A stretch of DNA of 64,000 bases from assembly GCA_963727625.1 (NCBI GenBank), contig CAVSHR010000002.1, forward strand, positions 640,001 through 704,000, given 5' to 3'. The notes under the pieces are model-generated. The model saw only the letters and a list, made by a program, of their open reading frames with translations. It ran no database searches and had not been told where the DNA came from. The translations under genes were made by a program, and so were the position numbers. Positions 49,610 to 60,041 of the stretch are shown here, piece after piece (positions within the stretch are counted from its first letter, which is position 1; each line of letters opens with the position of its first letter). Origin of the DNA: an uncultured delta proteobacterium (GTDB lineage: Bacteria > Desulfobacterota > Binatia > UBA9968).

Positions 49610-50818
49610 ATGTATTCCAGCTTCAAGCTTCTTAGTCGCGGTTCGCTAATGATCGTGACGATCTTTTGCTGCGGCTGTGTCGCGGGGCTCTCTCCCGACC
49701 GGGAGAAAATCACACCGAAGCCGGCAGCAATCCGCGATGATCTCGATGCCGAGTCCCTGCGCGCGGCAATTCGCCAGAGCCTGGTTTACCTGCAACAATT
49801 GCCGCCCGATCGCGTGGTCGGCGAACAACCGCGCCGATTCACCGCCAACGAAATCGCCAAATCCCTCTTGGCTTTCGAGAAATTGCTCGATGATTGGCAA
49901 TGTGCCGAGTGTGTCGCGCGCCAGGTCGCCGCCCATTTCGATCTCGTACCCTCCGGCGCCGATGCCGAGCGCGCCGAAGTGTTGTTTACCGGTTACTATC
50001 GACCGGTGTTGAACGGCAGTCTCACGCGCACGGACAGATTCCGCTATCCGATTTACGCCAGGCCCGCCGATCTGATCGGCGCCGAACGGGTTACGCTCGG
50101 GCCGAAACCGATCGTCGAAAGAGTGGTCGGCCGAGTTCAGGGCGAACAATTCATGCCTTACTATTCGCGGCGGGAGATTGACGAGGCGGCTGCCTTGCAA
50201 GGGCGCGGCCTAGAGATAGCGTGGGTCGATGATCCCGTCGATCTTTTTTTTCTGCATATCCAGGGTTCAGGCCTGATCCGTTTGCCGGACGGCGCGCAGT
50301 TGAGCGTCGGCTACGCCGGACAAAACGGCTGGCCATACCGGAGCATCGGACGGCTTTTAGTCGACCGGGGCGAGGTTTCCAGAGAAGATATGTCGATGCA
50401 GCGCCTGCGCCGTTATCTCAGCGACCATCCACAGAAGCGCGCCGAAGTCTTCAGCTACAACGAAAGCTACGTTTTTTTTCGCGTGCTCCAGAATGGACCG
50501 CTGGGCAGCCTGGAAGTGCCGCTCACGTCGAGTCGCTCCATCGCCACCGATGCGCGCTTGTTTCCCAAAGGCGCGCTGGTATTGATTCAAACGCAAATCC
50601 CGCGCATCGATAGCGCCGGTCGTCTGGCGGGATGGCGCCCGATCACGCGCTTCGCGCTCAACCAGGATTCCGGCGGTGCGATCCGCGGCCCGCAGCGCGC
50701 CGATATCTATTTCGGCTCCGGCGACGAGGCGGCCAGCTTGGCCGGTTACATGAACCGCCCGGGTAAAATGTTTTTCCTGGTGTCAAAATCGGCGCCGCTA
50801 ACAGTCAAAAACGAATGA
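49610..50818 (+). CDS. mltA: Membrane-bound lytic murein transglycosylase A
   Basis: FTGYY.P, FFLHIQGSG, N.SYVFF, SIATD, QDSGGAIRG..RADIYFG. Confidence 0.93.
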   Translation: MYSSFKLLSRGSLMIVTIFCCGCVAGLSPDREKITPKPAAIRDDLDAESLRAAIRQSLVYLQQLPPDRVVGEQPRRFTANEIAKSLLAFEKLLDDWQCAECVARQVAAHFDLVPSGADAERAEVLFTGYYRPVLNGSLTRTDRFRYPIYARPADLIGAERVTLGPKPIVERVVGRVQGEQFMPYYSRREIDEAAALQGRGLEIAWVDDPVDLFFLHIQGSGLIRLPDGAQLSVGYAGQNGWPYRSIGRLLVDRGEVSREDMSMQRLRRYLSDHPQKRAEVFSYNESYVFFRVLQNGPLGSLEVPLTSSRSIATDARLFPKGALVLIQTQIPRIDSAGRLAGWRPITRFALNQDSGGAIRGPQRADIYFGSGDEAASLAGYMNRPGKMFFLVSKSAPLTVKNE

Positions 50819-50959
50819 TTAGCTGCGAATTACGGCGAGCGCGTCATAATCGCTGCCCAAGAACCGGTGATCGGGTTTGCCCGATGGGTTCTTTCATTCA
50901 ATGCGCTACTTGAGCCATACGCAGCGGCAGGATAGCCTATCCTGAACCGATCACTCCCG

Positions 50960-51832
50960 ATGGAACGGCATAATGAAACACGACGACTGAAGTGGGCTTT
51001 GGCGATCAGCCTGCTGTATTTTTTTGCCGAACTGATCGCCGGCTTCATGACCAACAGCCTGGCTTTATTGTCCGACGCCGGCCATATGCTTTCCGACGTC
51101 GGCGCTTTGGGCCTGAGTTTGTTCGCCTTTCATGTGGCGAAGCGGCCGGCCACGCATCACAGCACCTACGGTTTTCATCGTGTTGAAATTCTTGCCGCGC
51201 TGTTCAACGGCTTGGCGCTGTGGATGATCGTAGGCATGATTTTCGCCGCGGCCTACAGCCGCGTGGCCCAACCGCCCGAGGTCGAGAGCTTCGGCATGAT
51301 CGTCGTCGCGGTGATCGGTTTGTTGGTGAACCTGGTCGCCGCGGTGATTTTGCACGGCGGGCACCATCACAATCTAAATTTGCGCGGCGCGTTCTTGCAT
51401 GTGATCAGTGATGCCGTGGGGTCAGTGGGCGCGATTATCGCCGGCGTGGTCATGCTGACCACCGGGTGGTATCTCGCTGATCCGCTCATCAGTATCGTGA
51501 TCGGCGTGCTCGTGCTGTTTTCGTCGTGGAGCCTGGTGAAAGACGCGCTCAGCGTGCTCATGCAGGCGGTGCCCAAAGGCATCCGGCTCGATGAAGTGCG
51601 GCGCACCATCGAAGCCGTCGACGGGGTCAGCAAGGTTCATGATTTGCATGTCTGGGCCGTGACCTCGGATATCTTTACGTTAAGCGCGCATGCCGTGGTG
51701 GAGCGCGGCGAAGATTTTCACGTGGTCTTGAACGGCATCGAAGACACGCTCAAGGACCGTTTCAACATCGAACACACCACGATCCAGTTGGAAACCGAAA
51801 GCCGCGAGGAAAAAGAATTTAAAGCCTTCTGA
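50960..51832 (+). CDS. Cation diffusion facilitator (CzcD/ZitB-like)
   Basis: SLALLSDAGHMLSD, NLRGAFLHVISD, VHDLHVW, HTTIQLE. Confidence 0.95.
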   Translation: MERHNETRRLKWALAISLLYFFAELIAGFMTNSLALLSDAGHMLSDVGALGLSLFAFHVAKRPATHHSTYGFHRVEILAALFNGLALWMIVGMIFAAAYSRVAQPPEVESFGMIVVAVIGLLVNLVAAVILHGGHHHNLNLRGAFLHVISDAVGSVGAIIAGVVMLTTGWYLADPLISIVIGVLVLFSSWSLVKDALSVLMQAVPKGIRLDEVRRTIEAVDGVSKVHDLHVWAVTSDIFTLSAHAVVERGEDFHVVLNGIEDTLKDRFNIEHTTIQLETESREEKEFKAF

Positions 51833-51901
51833 ATCAGAACGGCTGGACGGCGGCATCTCCCAGCCGAGGAACCAACCCGTTATTCCCAGTAGATTGGGTT
51901 T

Positions 51902-53122
51902 TTAGGAAACCGTCCCGCTTGTGACGGTGATGCGGGCGCGTGGCAGCAAGCAGGCCATCAAGCCGACGCTGACGAAGGAAAAAATACCGAGCAGCCAGAA
52001 GATCGTCGGCAATTCGGCGCTGACGAGAAGCAAGCCGACAATGGATGTGGACGTGGTCTTGGAAAACTGTTGAATCAGTCGGTCGAAAGAAACGATGCCG
52101 CCGCGCATTTCCGCCGGCGCGTTTTGAGTCAGTAGGCTTTTTTGCATCGGCGAGATGACGCCGTTGGCGAGGCCGTAGAAAAATAGCGTGCCGCCGACTA
52201 GCCAGATCCCGGGTAGGAAAGGCACGGCGAGGACCGTGGCGCCGCTGACCAAAAACGCCACAAACAAAATATTCGCCTTATCTCTGCCCGCGGCAATGCG
52301 CCCGGCCTGGCTCGACGTGATCATGGCGCCGGCGGCGAAGAACATGTAAAGAAATCCCGCCGTCGCCGTCGAAATGCCGTGAGTGCGGACCAAAAACAGC
52401 GGGAAATAAGTGAGAAAGCCGTAATCGAGAAAGAAGCGCAAAAAGCCAGCGGAAAATGCAATCAGCAATCGCGGATGGCGCGTCAGGCGCAACATATCGC
52501 CCAAGTAAGCCGACGCGCGATCGCGGGTTTGGCCTTTAGTCTCGGGCATCCAAAATAGCGCCGCCAGCCCCACGGGTATGGTCACTATGTAAAACACAAA
52601 CGGCCAGTACCAGGCAACGGCGGCGAGTAGGCCGCCGAGGGGCGGAAAAACGAAATAACCGATGCGGTCGAGAAAAACCTTCAAGCCCTGGCCGCCGATC
52701 TCGTTGTCGCCTTCGAGCAGGTCGCCGATCAAAACGATGGTCAGCGGAATCACCGCGCTGAAGCCGATGCCTTGAAGTGCGCGGAAAATAAGCAGCCAGC
52801 GGTAGCTCGGCGAAAACGCCATGGCCGTGCCGAAAATTCCGAACGAGATCAATCCCAGCGCCAGCAATAATCGCCGGCCGTAGAGGTCGGCGACCATGCC
52901 GAAGATCGGCGACAGCACAATTGCCGGCGCGGTATAGACCGTCATCATCCAGGAGAGCTGGGCGTCGCTGACTTGAAAGGGTTGGCTGAGGGCCGGCAGC
53001 GCGGGCTGGATGAAATTTACGCCGAGCATCAGCGCGATGCTCGACGCGTAGACGATGCTCAAGGCCCGCGCTTTTTCCGGTGCGAGTTGCTCCATGCCGA
53101 ACAACGCGGTGAGTGAAGCCAT
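51902..53122 (-). CDS. MFS transporter (12-TM type)
   Basis: PALPAL, ADLYGRR, FRALQGIG, PPLGGLL; start trimmed to ATG 53122. Confidence 0.9.
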   Translation of the reverse strand: MASLTALFGMEQLAPEKARALSIVYASSIALMLGVNFIQPALPALSQPFQVSDAQLSWMMTVYTAPAIVLSPIFGMVADLYGRRLLLALGLISFGIFGTAMAFSPSYRWLLIFRALQGIGFSAVIPLTIVLIGDLLEGDNEIGGQGLKVFLDRIGYFVFPPLGGLLAAVAWYWPFVFYIVTIPVGLAALFWMPETKGQTRDRASAYLGDMLRLTRHPRLLIAFSAGFLRFFLDYGFLTYFPLFLVRTHGISTATAGFLYMFFAAGAMITSSQAGRIAAGRDKANILFVAFLVSGATVLAVPFLPGIWLVGGTLFFYGLANGVISPMQKSLLTQNAPAEMRGGIVSFDRLIQQFSKTTSTSIVGLLLVSAELPTIFWLLGIFSFVSVGLMACLLPRARITVTSGTVS

Positions 53123-53129
53123 TTGCCGC

Positions 53130-53158
53130 AAGCTAGATCAATGGCTCGGAGCAGTCAA
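53130..53158 (-). promoter_or_regulatory. Putative sigma70 promoter giving a leaderless MFS mRNA
   Basis: Minus strand TTGACT-17 nt-TAGCTT-7 nt-ATG, no SD. Confidence 0.6.
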
Positions 53159-53282
53159 ACTCTTATGCCGGCGGCCGATCAAGCTGAGCGCCGGCCCGAC
53201 CGCGCGTTTTCATCATTGGTGTGCTCGCGTCACCGTGATATGGATGAGCGCGAACGCTCGCTGAAAGAGAGGGGCAATTAAA

Positions 53283-54713
53283 ATGGCTCAAGATATGCGC
53301 GACTGGATCGAGCAACTGGAGCAGGCTGGACTGCTGGCGAGAATCGCCAAGCCGGTGGACCCGCGCACGCAGATGGGCGCGTTATTATGGCAGGCGCGCG
53401 ATCGCGCCCTGTTGTTTGAAAATCTGCCGGATTATCCGGGCTGGCGCTGCTTGGGCCAGGCGCCGGGCGATGTTTCGCTCGCGCCGGTGGCCTTCGGTAC
53501 GCCGCGCGACGAGATGATTCCGGAATTCGTCCGGCGCACCGAAAGGCTCGGCTCCACGCGGCTGGTCGAAACCGGGCCGGTGCACCAGAAAGTGCTGATC
53601 GGCGACGAGATCGACATCACAAAAATGCCGATTCATCAGGCGGGCATCCGCGACGGCGGGCCGTTCATCGGCTCCGGTTTGATGATTACCAAAAATCCCG
53701 AAACCGGCCGACGCAACTTGAGCTTTCATCGTTTGCAGATGAAAGGGCCGAAGAAAACCGGTATCCTGCTCTATCCGCGCCACGCCTGGAACAATTATCA
53801 ATTGTATGAAGCGCAAGATAAGCCGATGCCGGTGGCGATTATGATCGGACACCATCCGATGTATTATTTCGCGGCGGCGACTACCGCGCAGTATGGCGTG
53901 GATGAGTTGGAGATCGCTTCAGCTTTACTGCGCGAAGAAGTCGAGTTGGTCAAGTGCCACACCGTTGATTTGGAAGTTCCGGCTTGGGCGGAAATTATTC
54001 TCGAGGGCGAGATCCCGCCCAAGTTGCGCGAGCCCGAGGGGCCGTTCAGCGAATTTCAAGATTATTATCTCACCGGTTCGGGCATGAATCCCATCGTCAA
54101 TATCAAAGCGATCACCATGCGCAGCGACGCGATTTTTAAAAACGTGCAGAATGGCACAGAGGTCGAAGGCTGCGTCTATCACAAGGTGCCGATGTCGGCA
54201 CAGATTCTGCGCCGTGCGCGCACCGTCGGCGGTCTGGCCGACGTTAAGAACGTCTTGGTGATGCCGGGTATCTTCGGCGTCGTCGTGCAGATGCGGCCGC
54301 GCTATTACGGCGAGGCGCGCAATGTGCTCATGTCGGTCTTGTCGAGCGAGTATCAGCATCCCAAAGTCGCCATCGCCGTCGACGAAGACGTCGATATCTT
54401 CAATTACGCAGAAGTTCTCTGGGCGATCAACACGCGGGTCAATCCCTCTGAAGACATCGTCGTGATCAACGGCGCCAAGATCCACGCCATGGATCCATCA
54501 TGCCCTGAATTTGGCCATCCCGGCGCGCCCGGATGGCACCGCATCGGAGGTAAAGTCATCATCGACGCGACCAAGCCGCCGGAGTGCGATCCCAAGCGCA
54601 GGCATGAGTTCGAACGGCTGCGGCCGGTGGGATGGGAATCCGTCAGTTTGGAAGATTTTTTGCCGGCGGGAGCGCCGCCGTTGAGGATCAAACCGAAGAT
54701 TCCGATGGGTTAA
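53283..54713 (+). CDS. UbiD-family prFMN-dependent decarboxylase
   Basis: DGGPFI, NLSFHRLQ, VPAWAEIILEG, EPEGPFSEF, VDEDVDI, IIDATKP. Confidence 0.93.
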   Translation: MAQDMRDWIEQLEQAGLLARIAKPVDPRTQMGALLWQARDRALLFENLPDYPGWRCLGQAPGDVSLAPVAFGTPRDEMIPEFVRRTERLGSTRLVETGPVHQKVLIGDEIDITKMPIHQAGIRDGGPFIGSGLMITKNPETGRRNLSFHRLQMKGPKKTGILLYPRHAWNNYQLYEAQDKPMPVAIMIGHHPMYYFAAATTAQYGVDELEIASALLREEVELVKCHTVDLEVPAWAEIILEGEIPPKLREPEGPFSEFQDYYLTGSGMNPIVNIKAITMRSDAIFKNVQNGTEVEGCVYHKVPMSAQILRRARTVGGLADVKNVLVMPGIFGVVVQMRPRYYGEARNVLMSVLSSEYQHPKVAIAVDEDVDIFNYAEVLWAINTRVNPSEDIVVINGAKIHAMDPSCPEFGHPGAPGWHRIGGKVIIDATKPPECDPKRRHEFERLRPVGWESVSLEDFLPAGAPPLRIKPKIPMG

Positions 54714-54719
54714 AAGATT

Positions 54720-54812
54720 CGTTCAAGGTTTAAGCGTTCAATAGTTCAAGGGGCTGGAGGAGCAACGTGGGAACTGCTTACTTTGAACTTTTGAAGCTTG
54801 AACGTTTGAACG
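54720..54812. repeat. Palindrome built of short GTTCAA / TTGAAC units
   Basis: Three GTTCAA on the left arm and three TTGAAC on the right, between convergent genes. Confidence 0.6.
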
Positions 54813-54831
54813 GCTATGGTAAAAGCGCTTA

Positions 54832-55077
54832 CTATTCGTCCGGTTCGCCGAAATAATCTCTCACGATTCTTTCCTTGATATATTCCAAAGCGCCCAAATC
54901 CTGAATGATATCGCCGCCAGTGTCATAGAAAAAAATATCACCTTTATGATTGCGGCCGATAGCCACGAGCCATTCCAGTTCGTCGCGGTCTTCCAACAGA
55001 TAATTAATCGCTTGATTGGCGCCTTTGCTGGCGATGATGGTTACTTTGGGTTTGGCGTTTTTCTTCGCTTGCGACAT
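54832..55077 (-). CDS. Hypothetical protein, 81 aa
   Basis: AGGAGG SD before ATG 55077; plausible globular composition. Confidence 0.75.
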   Translation of the reverse strand: MSQAKKNAKPKVTIIASKGANQAINYLLEDRDELEWLVAIGRNHKGDIFFYDTGGDIIQDLGALEYIKERIVRDYFGEPDE

Positions 55078-55173
55078 GGACCAGCCTCCTGAGTGCAAGC
55101 TGAGTCTATAACAGAAGTAGAGGCGCTACAACTTAAGGGAATTATTGGCTCGCAGCCGGCGCCGCGAAGCGGA

Positions 55174-58100
55174 CTACTTCATGCTAAAATCGACGCGATT
55201 CGGCCGGCCCTTGAGTTTATCGCGCTCCTCCGCCGTCAGCGGCTTGGCGGCGATGATCAACAGGCGATCGGAAGCGATTTGATCGCCGGCGAGCAGCGCG
55301 TCGCGCACGATCTGAGCGCGTCGGTCGGCAAGGCGACGCAGGTCGTCGTCACCGACCTTAGCGTACTGCATCATTAGCTTTTCCATCTCCGGAACCGGCA
55401 AATCCTTCGCCAGACCGATGATGTTGCGCGGTTTGGGAAAATTTTCTTCACCGTAGGCGGCCTTCAAGTATTGCGGGTACTCGCTCTCGTCCACTTGGAC
55501 TTCGTCCAACGATTTCGGCGCTTGGCCATTGCGAGCCAGCTCTTTTAATTTTTGCGCCTTCACTTTTCGTTCGATCTCGACTCGCTTCAGGCCGTCGAGA
55601 TCGCCGGATGGGTCGACGCGGCCGATGATCTCGAGCTTGAGTGCGGGCCGGTTGTTCAAGGCTTTCACCAGCGTCGAAATTTTTTCCCGGTCGGTTTGAT
55701 CGAGGGCCGCGCGGCCGGCGGCGAATTCCACATAGCTCAGCTCATCGCCGCTTACGCCGCCGCTGCTAAAAGCTGAGGCGAGCAGCGAAAACGGCGCGGT
55801 CACCGCCTTGGTAATGATGTTGATGATGATGCGCAAGACCAGGCCGCCGACGCTGAACTGGGGGTCGTCGAGGGAGCCGCTGATCGGCAGGTCGACGTCG
55901 ATGACACCGTTGCGGTCTTTGAGGAGGGCGACCGCGAGCAGCACCGGCAGCTTGGTGGCGGTGGGGCTTTCGACTTTATCCCCGAACGTGAGCTGGTTTA
56001 GGATGATGTTGTTCTCGGCGCTGAGCTTGCGATTTTCAAGTTTGTATTTGACGTTGAAGGTAAGCTTGCCGCTTTCGATGCCGTAACCCACATACTTTAC
56101 CGAGTAGGGCGTCATGGGGCTCAACTCGATGCCTTTGGCGTTGGCGACGATATCGAGGAAGAGATCTTTGGCCAGCGGATTGATCTTGCCCTTGATCTCC
56201 ACTGGGGCAGCGTCATCGAGTTTGGCTTTAAGGTCGATCTCTCCAGGCGTCTCCGGCTTCAACTCTGAGATGGCGCCCTGCACACTGGTTAGATTCGCCG
56301 AATAATTCGGCTTGACGAAAAAATCGCTGAAATTGATATTGCCGCCCTTAAGGTTGATCTTGCCGACGCTGACGGCGCGGGGAGCTGTGGTTTCAGTAGC
56401 AGGCGGCGAAGCCGCTTTCACGGCCGCCTGGGACGATGCGGCTTTCGTATCTGTTTTTTTAATCTCGTTCGCTTTGTCGGAGGGAGTCAACTTTTGCAGG
56501 TTCAATTTGCCGTCCGCGCCGAGGATGAGCCGCGAATAGAAGTCGGCCAAAGTGATCTCACCGATGCGCAATTGAAACGGCTCGAGGTCGAATTGGACGG
56601 GGTCAAGGATCAAAGATTTCCACTTGAGTAAATCCTGCGCGCCGTCCTTTTCGACGCTGCCGAAGTCCGTAACTTGCAGACTGCCTCGATAATTCAACTT
56701 GGCGCCACCGGCGCCGCTCTCGTAAGCCAATGCGCCCTTGGTGCCGATCCGCCCGCCGGTGAGCAGAAAATTAACGTTTTCGGTGAAATAGCTTTGGTAA
56801 GGCAATACCTCGATGTCTCGCCCGTCCACGGTGAACTTAGCGCTGACGGGATTTAATGTCGCGGTGCCGACCAGCTGGAGCGAGCCTTTATCGTTGACTC
56901 TGATCCGGATCGTTGCTTTGGCGGATTGATTTTTTGCCGTGGAGAAATTTTCCCCGCGAAGCGAAATATCCGAGAGACTGGTTTTCGACTTTCCTTGATC
57001 GCTCACGTTGATTTTAAATCCGTCGAGAACGATACGCTGGGCGTCGATTCGCCATTCCGCATCGCCGGCCTTCGGTGGCGGCTCCGCTGCTTGGGCTTCG
57101 GGACCGGGCTTGGCGATGCGGCTGAGGTTCAGCTTGCCGTCGGCGCCCCGTTCGATATAGCCGCTGCCCTCTTTTGCTTCGAGGGAGCCGACCACGATCG
57201 TTTTCTTCGCCACATCGATCATCGCATCCTTGAGCGCGAAGGTCCCGACGCGCCAGAGTGGCTCGGGTTGCCCGGTGAGTTCGAGCCGAAAATGGCGCAG
57301 GCTTGCATTCAGATCGGTCACCTTGATTTCCGGCTGGGCGTCATTTTCTGCGAAGCTGTATTGCGTCGATAGGTCGAGAAGACCGTCTTTAATTTCGGCC
57401 GCCAGCGCGTTTTCGTAGTAGGGCCGCAGCGGGCCAATCCTGAGCGCGCTCACGTCGAGCTTGCCTTCGACGAGCAAAGGGGCCATCTGCAGCGTTCCAT
57501 TATGGGTGAACTTTTCCTTGGCCTCGGATTCGAAGGAAACTTCGACATTGGCTTTTTTCCCGCCTTCATTAGTCAGGCCGGTGATTTTCGCGTTGAAGTT
57601 GTCCAGGCGCGTCTTGTAGGGCCGCTGCGGCTGCGCGTCATCGATATGAACCGTCGCCGCTTCGAGGGCAATTTCGTCGACGGTATAGCCGAAAGGCTTG
57701 CTATCCTTCTTCGGCTCCGGCGCCGCGGGTTTAGCTTCGGTCTTAACCAGGTTTGCCAGATTGATCTTGCCGTCGCGCGCCCGCACGACATGAAGCTCCA
57801 GACCTCGTGCCCGCACGGATTTGAGATGGCTATCGCCGGCAAAGATCCGGACGACGTCGATCAAGACTTCGAGGCTTGGCAATTTGACCAGCGGCGCGCC
57901 GTCTTTTTGGCGCATCTCCAAGCCAGTCACGCCAAGGCTGCCGGACACGGCGAGCACGGAAGGTTGCTCTTTGGAAGATCGAAAATTGACCGTCAATTTG
58001 GAATCGAGCTTCCCGGACGGCAATTCGAAATTCAGCTCCAGCGGGGAATATTCGAGATATTTGGCGATCTCCAGCTTGTCGATATTGATCTCCAGGTTGC

Positions 58101-58794
58101 TATCGCGGGAGTCTTTGAATGGCAAGGTAACGCCGCCAAGATGAAATGGGGAGCCGTCGATTATCGCTGAAAATTCCGGTTTGACTTTTATGTCGATGTA
58201 GGACGGCAAGCTGGAAAGGAACGGCACGCCGATCTTGAGCTGTGTGACGGTGTGTTTGGTCTTTTTCGGGCGGTCGTCGAAATCGATCTTTCCGTCAATC
58301 AGCTCGATATTGTGCAGGGCGAACTTCGGTGTCGGGGCTGAGGGATCGGATGGCTTGGCAGTAAATTCATCGATGAGATCCTGAAAGTTGTATTTAAAAT
58401 CCTCATTGCGCACCACACTTAGATACGGCTTGACTAGCCGGAGCTCTTTAATCACCGGGGCCAGGCGAAAAATCGATTGCAGTTGGAGATTAACAAAAAG
58501 CTCGTCGAAAGAAAGCCCGGGGGATTGGCTCCCACGCCGTTTCATCAGAAAGCCGCGGATCGCGACGGTCATCGCATAGGGGTTGATGCGGATTTGCTCG
58601 ATGGAGACTTGACGATGGAGTTTGTCGGAAAGCACCTCGGCGATTTTACTGCGGATCAGAGGCGGCGCGACCAATCCCAGAAGGATGCCGAAGGCGACGA
58701 TAATCGAAACCGTCCAAATGGCGATTTTCCGCGTGCGCCGGTGGCGCGCAATTTCTACCGTTCGCTTGCAGAGTTCAGTGAACTTCAACGGCAT
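55174..58794 (-). CDS. DUF748 (AsmA-like) protein with C-terminal OmpA-like region
   Basis: N-terminal anchor, repeated beta-rich DUF748-like units, LAVALLKDRNGVIDVDLPISGSLDDPQFS, C-terminal NRVDF. Confidence 0.88.
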   Translation of the reverse strand: MPLKFTELCKRTVEIARHRRTRKIAIWTVSIIVAFGILLGLVAPPLIRSKIAEVLSDKLHRQVSIEQIRINPYAMTVAIRGFLMKRRGSQSPGLSFDELFVNLQLQSIFRLAPVIKELRLVKPYLSVVRNEDFKYNFQDLIDEFTAKPSDPSAPTPKFALHNIELIDGKIDFDDRPKKTKHTVTQLKIGVPFLSSLPSYIDIKVKPEFSAIIDGSPFHLGGVTLPFKDSRDSNLEINIDKLEIAKYLEYSPLELNFELPSGKLDSKLTVNFRSSKEQPSVLAVSGSLGVTGLEMRQKDGAPLVKLPSLEVLIDVVRIFAGDSHLKSVRARGLELHVVRARDGKINLANLVKTEAKPAAPEPKKDSKPFGYTVDEIALEAATVHIDDAQPQRPYKTRLDNFNAKITGLTNEGGKKANVEVSFESEAKEKFTHNGTLQMAPLLVEGKLDVSALRIGPLRPYYENALAAEIKDGLLDLSTQYSFAENDAQPEIKVTDLNASLRHFRLELTGQPEPLWRVGTFALKDAMIDVAKKTIVVGSLEAKEGSGYIERGADGKLNLSRIAKPGPEAQAAEPPPKAGDAEWRIDAQRIVLDGFKINVSDQGKSKTSLSDISLRGENFSTAKNQSAKATIRIRVNDKGSLQLVGTATLNPVSAKFTVDGRDIEVLPYQSYFTENVNFLLTGGRIGTKGALAYESGAGGAKLNYRGSLQVTDFGSVEKDGAQDLLKWKSLILDPVQFDLEPFQLRIGEITLADFYSRLILGADGKLNLQKLTPSDKANEIKKTDTKAASSQAAVKAASPPATETTAPRAVSVGKINLKGGNINFSDFFVKPNYSANLTSVQGAISELKPETPGEIDLKAKLDDAAPVEIKGKINPLAKDLFLDIVANAKGIELSPMTPYSVKYVGYGIESGKLTFNVKYKLENRKLSAENNIILNQLTFGDKVESPTATKLPVLLAVALLKDRNGVIDVDLPISGSLDDPQFSVGGLVLRIIINIITKAVTAPFSLLASAFSSGGVSGDELSYVEFAAGRAALDQTDREKISTLVKALNNRPALKLEIIGRVDPSGDLDGLKRVEIERKVKAQKLKELARNGQAPKSLDEVQVDESEYPQYLKAAYGEENFPKPRNIIGLAKDLPVPEMEKLMMQYAKVGDDDLRRLADRRAQIVRDALLAGDQIASDRLLIIAAKPLTAEERDKLKGRPNRVDFSMK

Positions 58795-59225
58795 GTCACG
58801 ACTTCTTAAACTTTAACTTGAGGCATCTTATCGTACCGGTATGCGCGGGTTCAAGGCCGCGGCCTAAATTGCCCTAGTGTCCGGTTCTGTAGCAACTTTT
58901 GCCCAGGATCGGCGAGAAGATGCGCTCTCCGCCGTGGCTGTCAAGCGCGCGACGTCCATGGCTAAGCGTAGACGATCGAATAGCCGGCCGATTGGGGGGA
59001 TCCACCCCGATGACCGACAATGGTGCGATATCCGGCAAGTTCGCCCTTGATTCTTAGTCGAGGCAATAATTGGCCGACTTCCTCTCCCGATGAACGTAGC
59101 AGCATAGACGCGGCCGCTTTGGGTAAGCCGTGAGCTTGCTACCGGGAGCTGTATCCTGCCTGGGGATTGCTTACGTCTAATAGAAAAGTTAACATATAAA
59201 CGATAATCGATAGATCGGAGTATAA

Positions 59226-59819
59226 ATGAGAATTTTCAGCAAGTTAGTAATCATTTCTATATTTTCACTTTTGTTTCTAATGCCATTTCGGGCGGCGGCC
59301 GGAGAACCTACGGTCCAACTCAGCGCTACCATCAATGAATTTGTCGCTATCCTTACAAACACGTCGGTGGCCGAATTGCGGGCTACCGGGTTGCCCCAAC
59401 GGGCTTTGAACTTGATTTTTACCCGATTCGACTTCTCGGAGATGACCAAGCGGTCGTTGGGGCGGCATTGGGCAGCTCTTAATCCGAGTGAGCGGCGCGA
59501 GTTTGTCGATGCCTTTACCCAGCGCCTACTGCGCGCTTATGGCCGCTCGATGCGCGCCAATGGCGATGAAAAAATTGAGTACAATCACGAAAATCTCGAC
59601 GGCGAATACGCCCGGGTCCAAACCAAGGTGGTGAGCGGCAATGGCGAGGAGCTGCCGGTCGATTATCAACTGCACGATATCAACGGCCAGTGGAAGGTTT
59701 ATGACGTGGTCATCGACAGCATCAGCATCGTCAAAAACTATCGCGCGCAATTCGAGCGGGTGATCGCCAAGAGCTCGATTAAAGAACTGCTGCAGAAAAT
59801 GAAACAGCAAGAATCTTAA
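59226..59819 (+). CDS. mlaC: MlaC/Ttg2D family phospholipid-binding protein
   Basis: FDFSEMTKRSLGRHW, WKVYDVVID.ISIVKNYRAQF; signal peptide. Confidence 0.88.
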   Translation: MRIFSKLVIISIFSLLFLMPFRAAAGEPTVQLSATINEFVAILTNTSVAELRATGLPQRALNLIFTRFDFSEMTKRSLGRHWAALNPSERREFVDAFTQRLLRAYGRSMRANGDEKIEYNHENLDGEYARVQTKVVSGNGEELPVDYQLHDINGQWKVYDVVIDSISIVKNYRAQFERVIAKSSIKELLQKMKQQES

Positions 59820-60041
59820 TAAAATTGGACCAGACCGAACTCTTCGCCCGGCCGGTTATGTCCGCACGTAGGTCAAGTCAAATGCGCGCGCCGCGTCGGG
59901 CGCGGTTTCGAGCCTTAACTCGGGCAAATCCCTTCCTTGATGATTCTGCAGCCCCTTTGAGCTATTCACGGAACTGTCGGTAACCCCGAAGGCTCCCTAA
60001 GTATTTGACGCCACGGACCGCTTTCGTTATTGGTGGTCTCC

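Noticed and set aside
54720-54812. CRISPR-like array
   Set aside because: Units are about 6 nt, inverted, without unique spacers, and there are no cas genes.
58873-58895. CTAGTGTCCGGTT (and CTAGGGTCCGTTTAC near 502) as IS ends
   Set aside because: No matching partner inverted repeat or transposase was found.
58900-59225. Riboswitch upstream of mlaC (also considered 59820-60000)
   Set aside because: No aptamer consensus recognised by eye; an Rfam scan would be needed.
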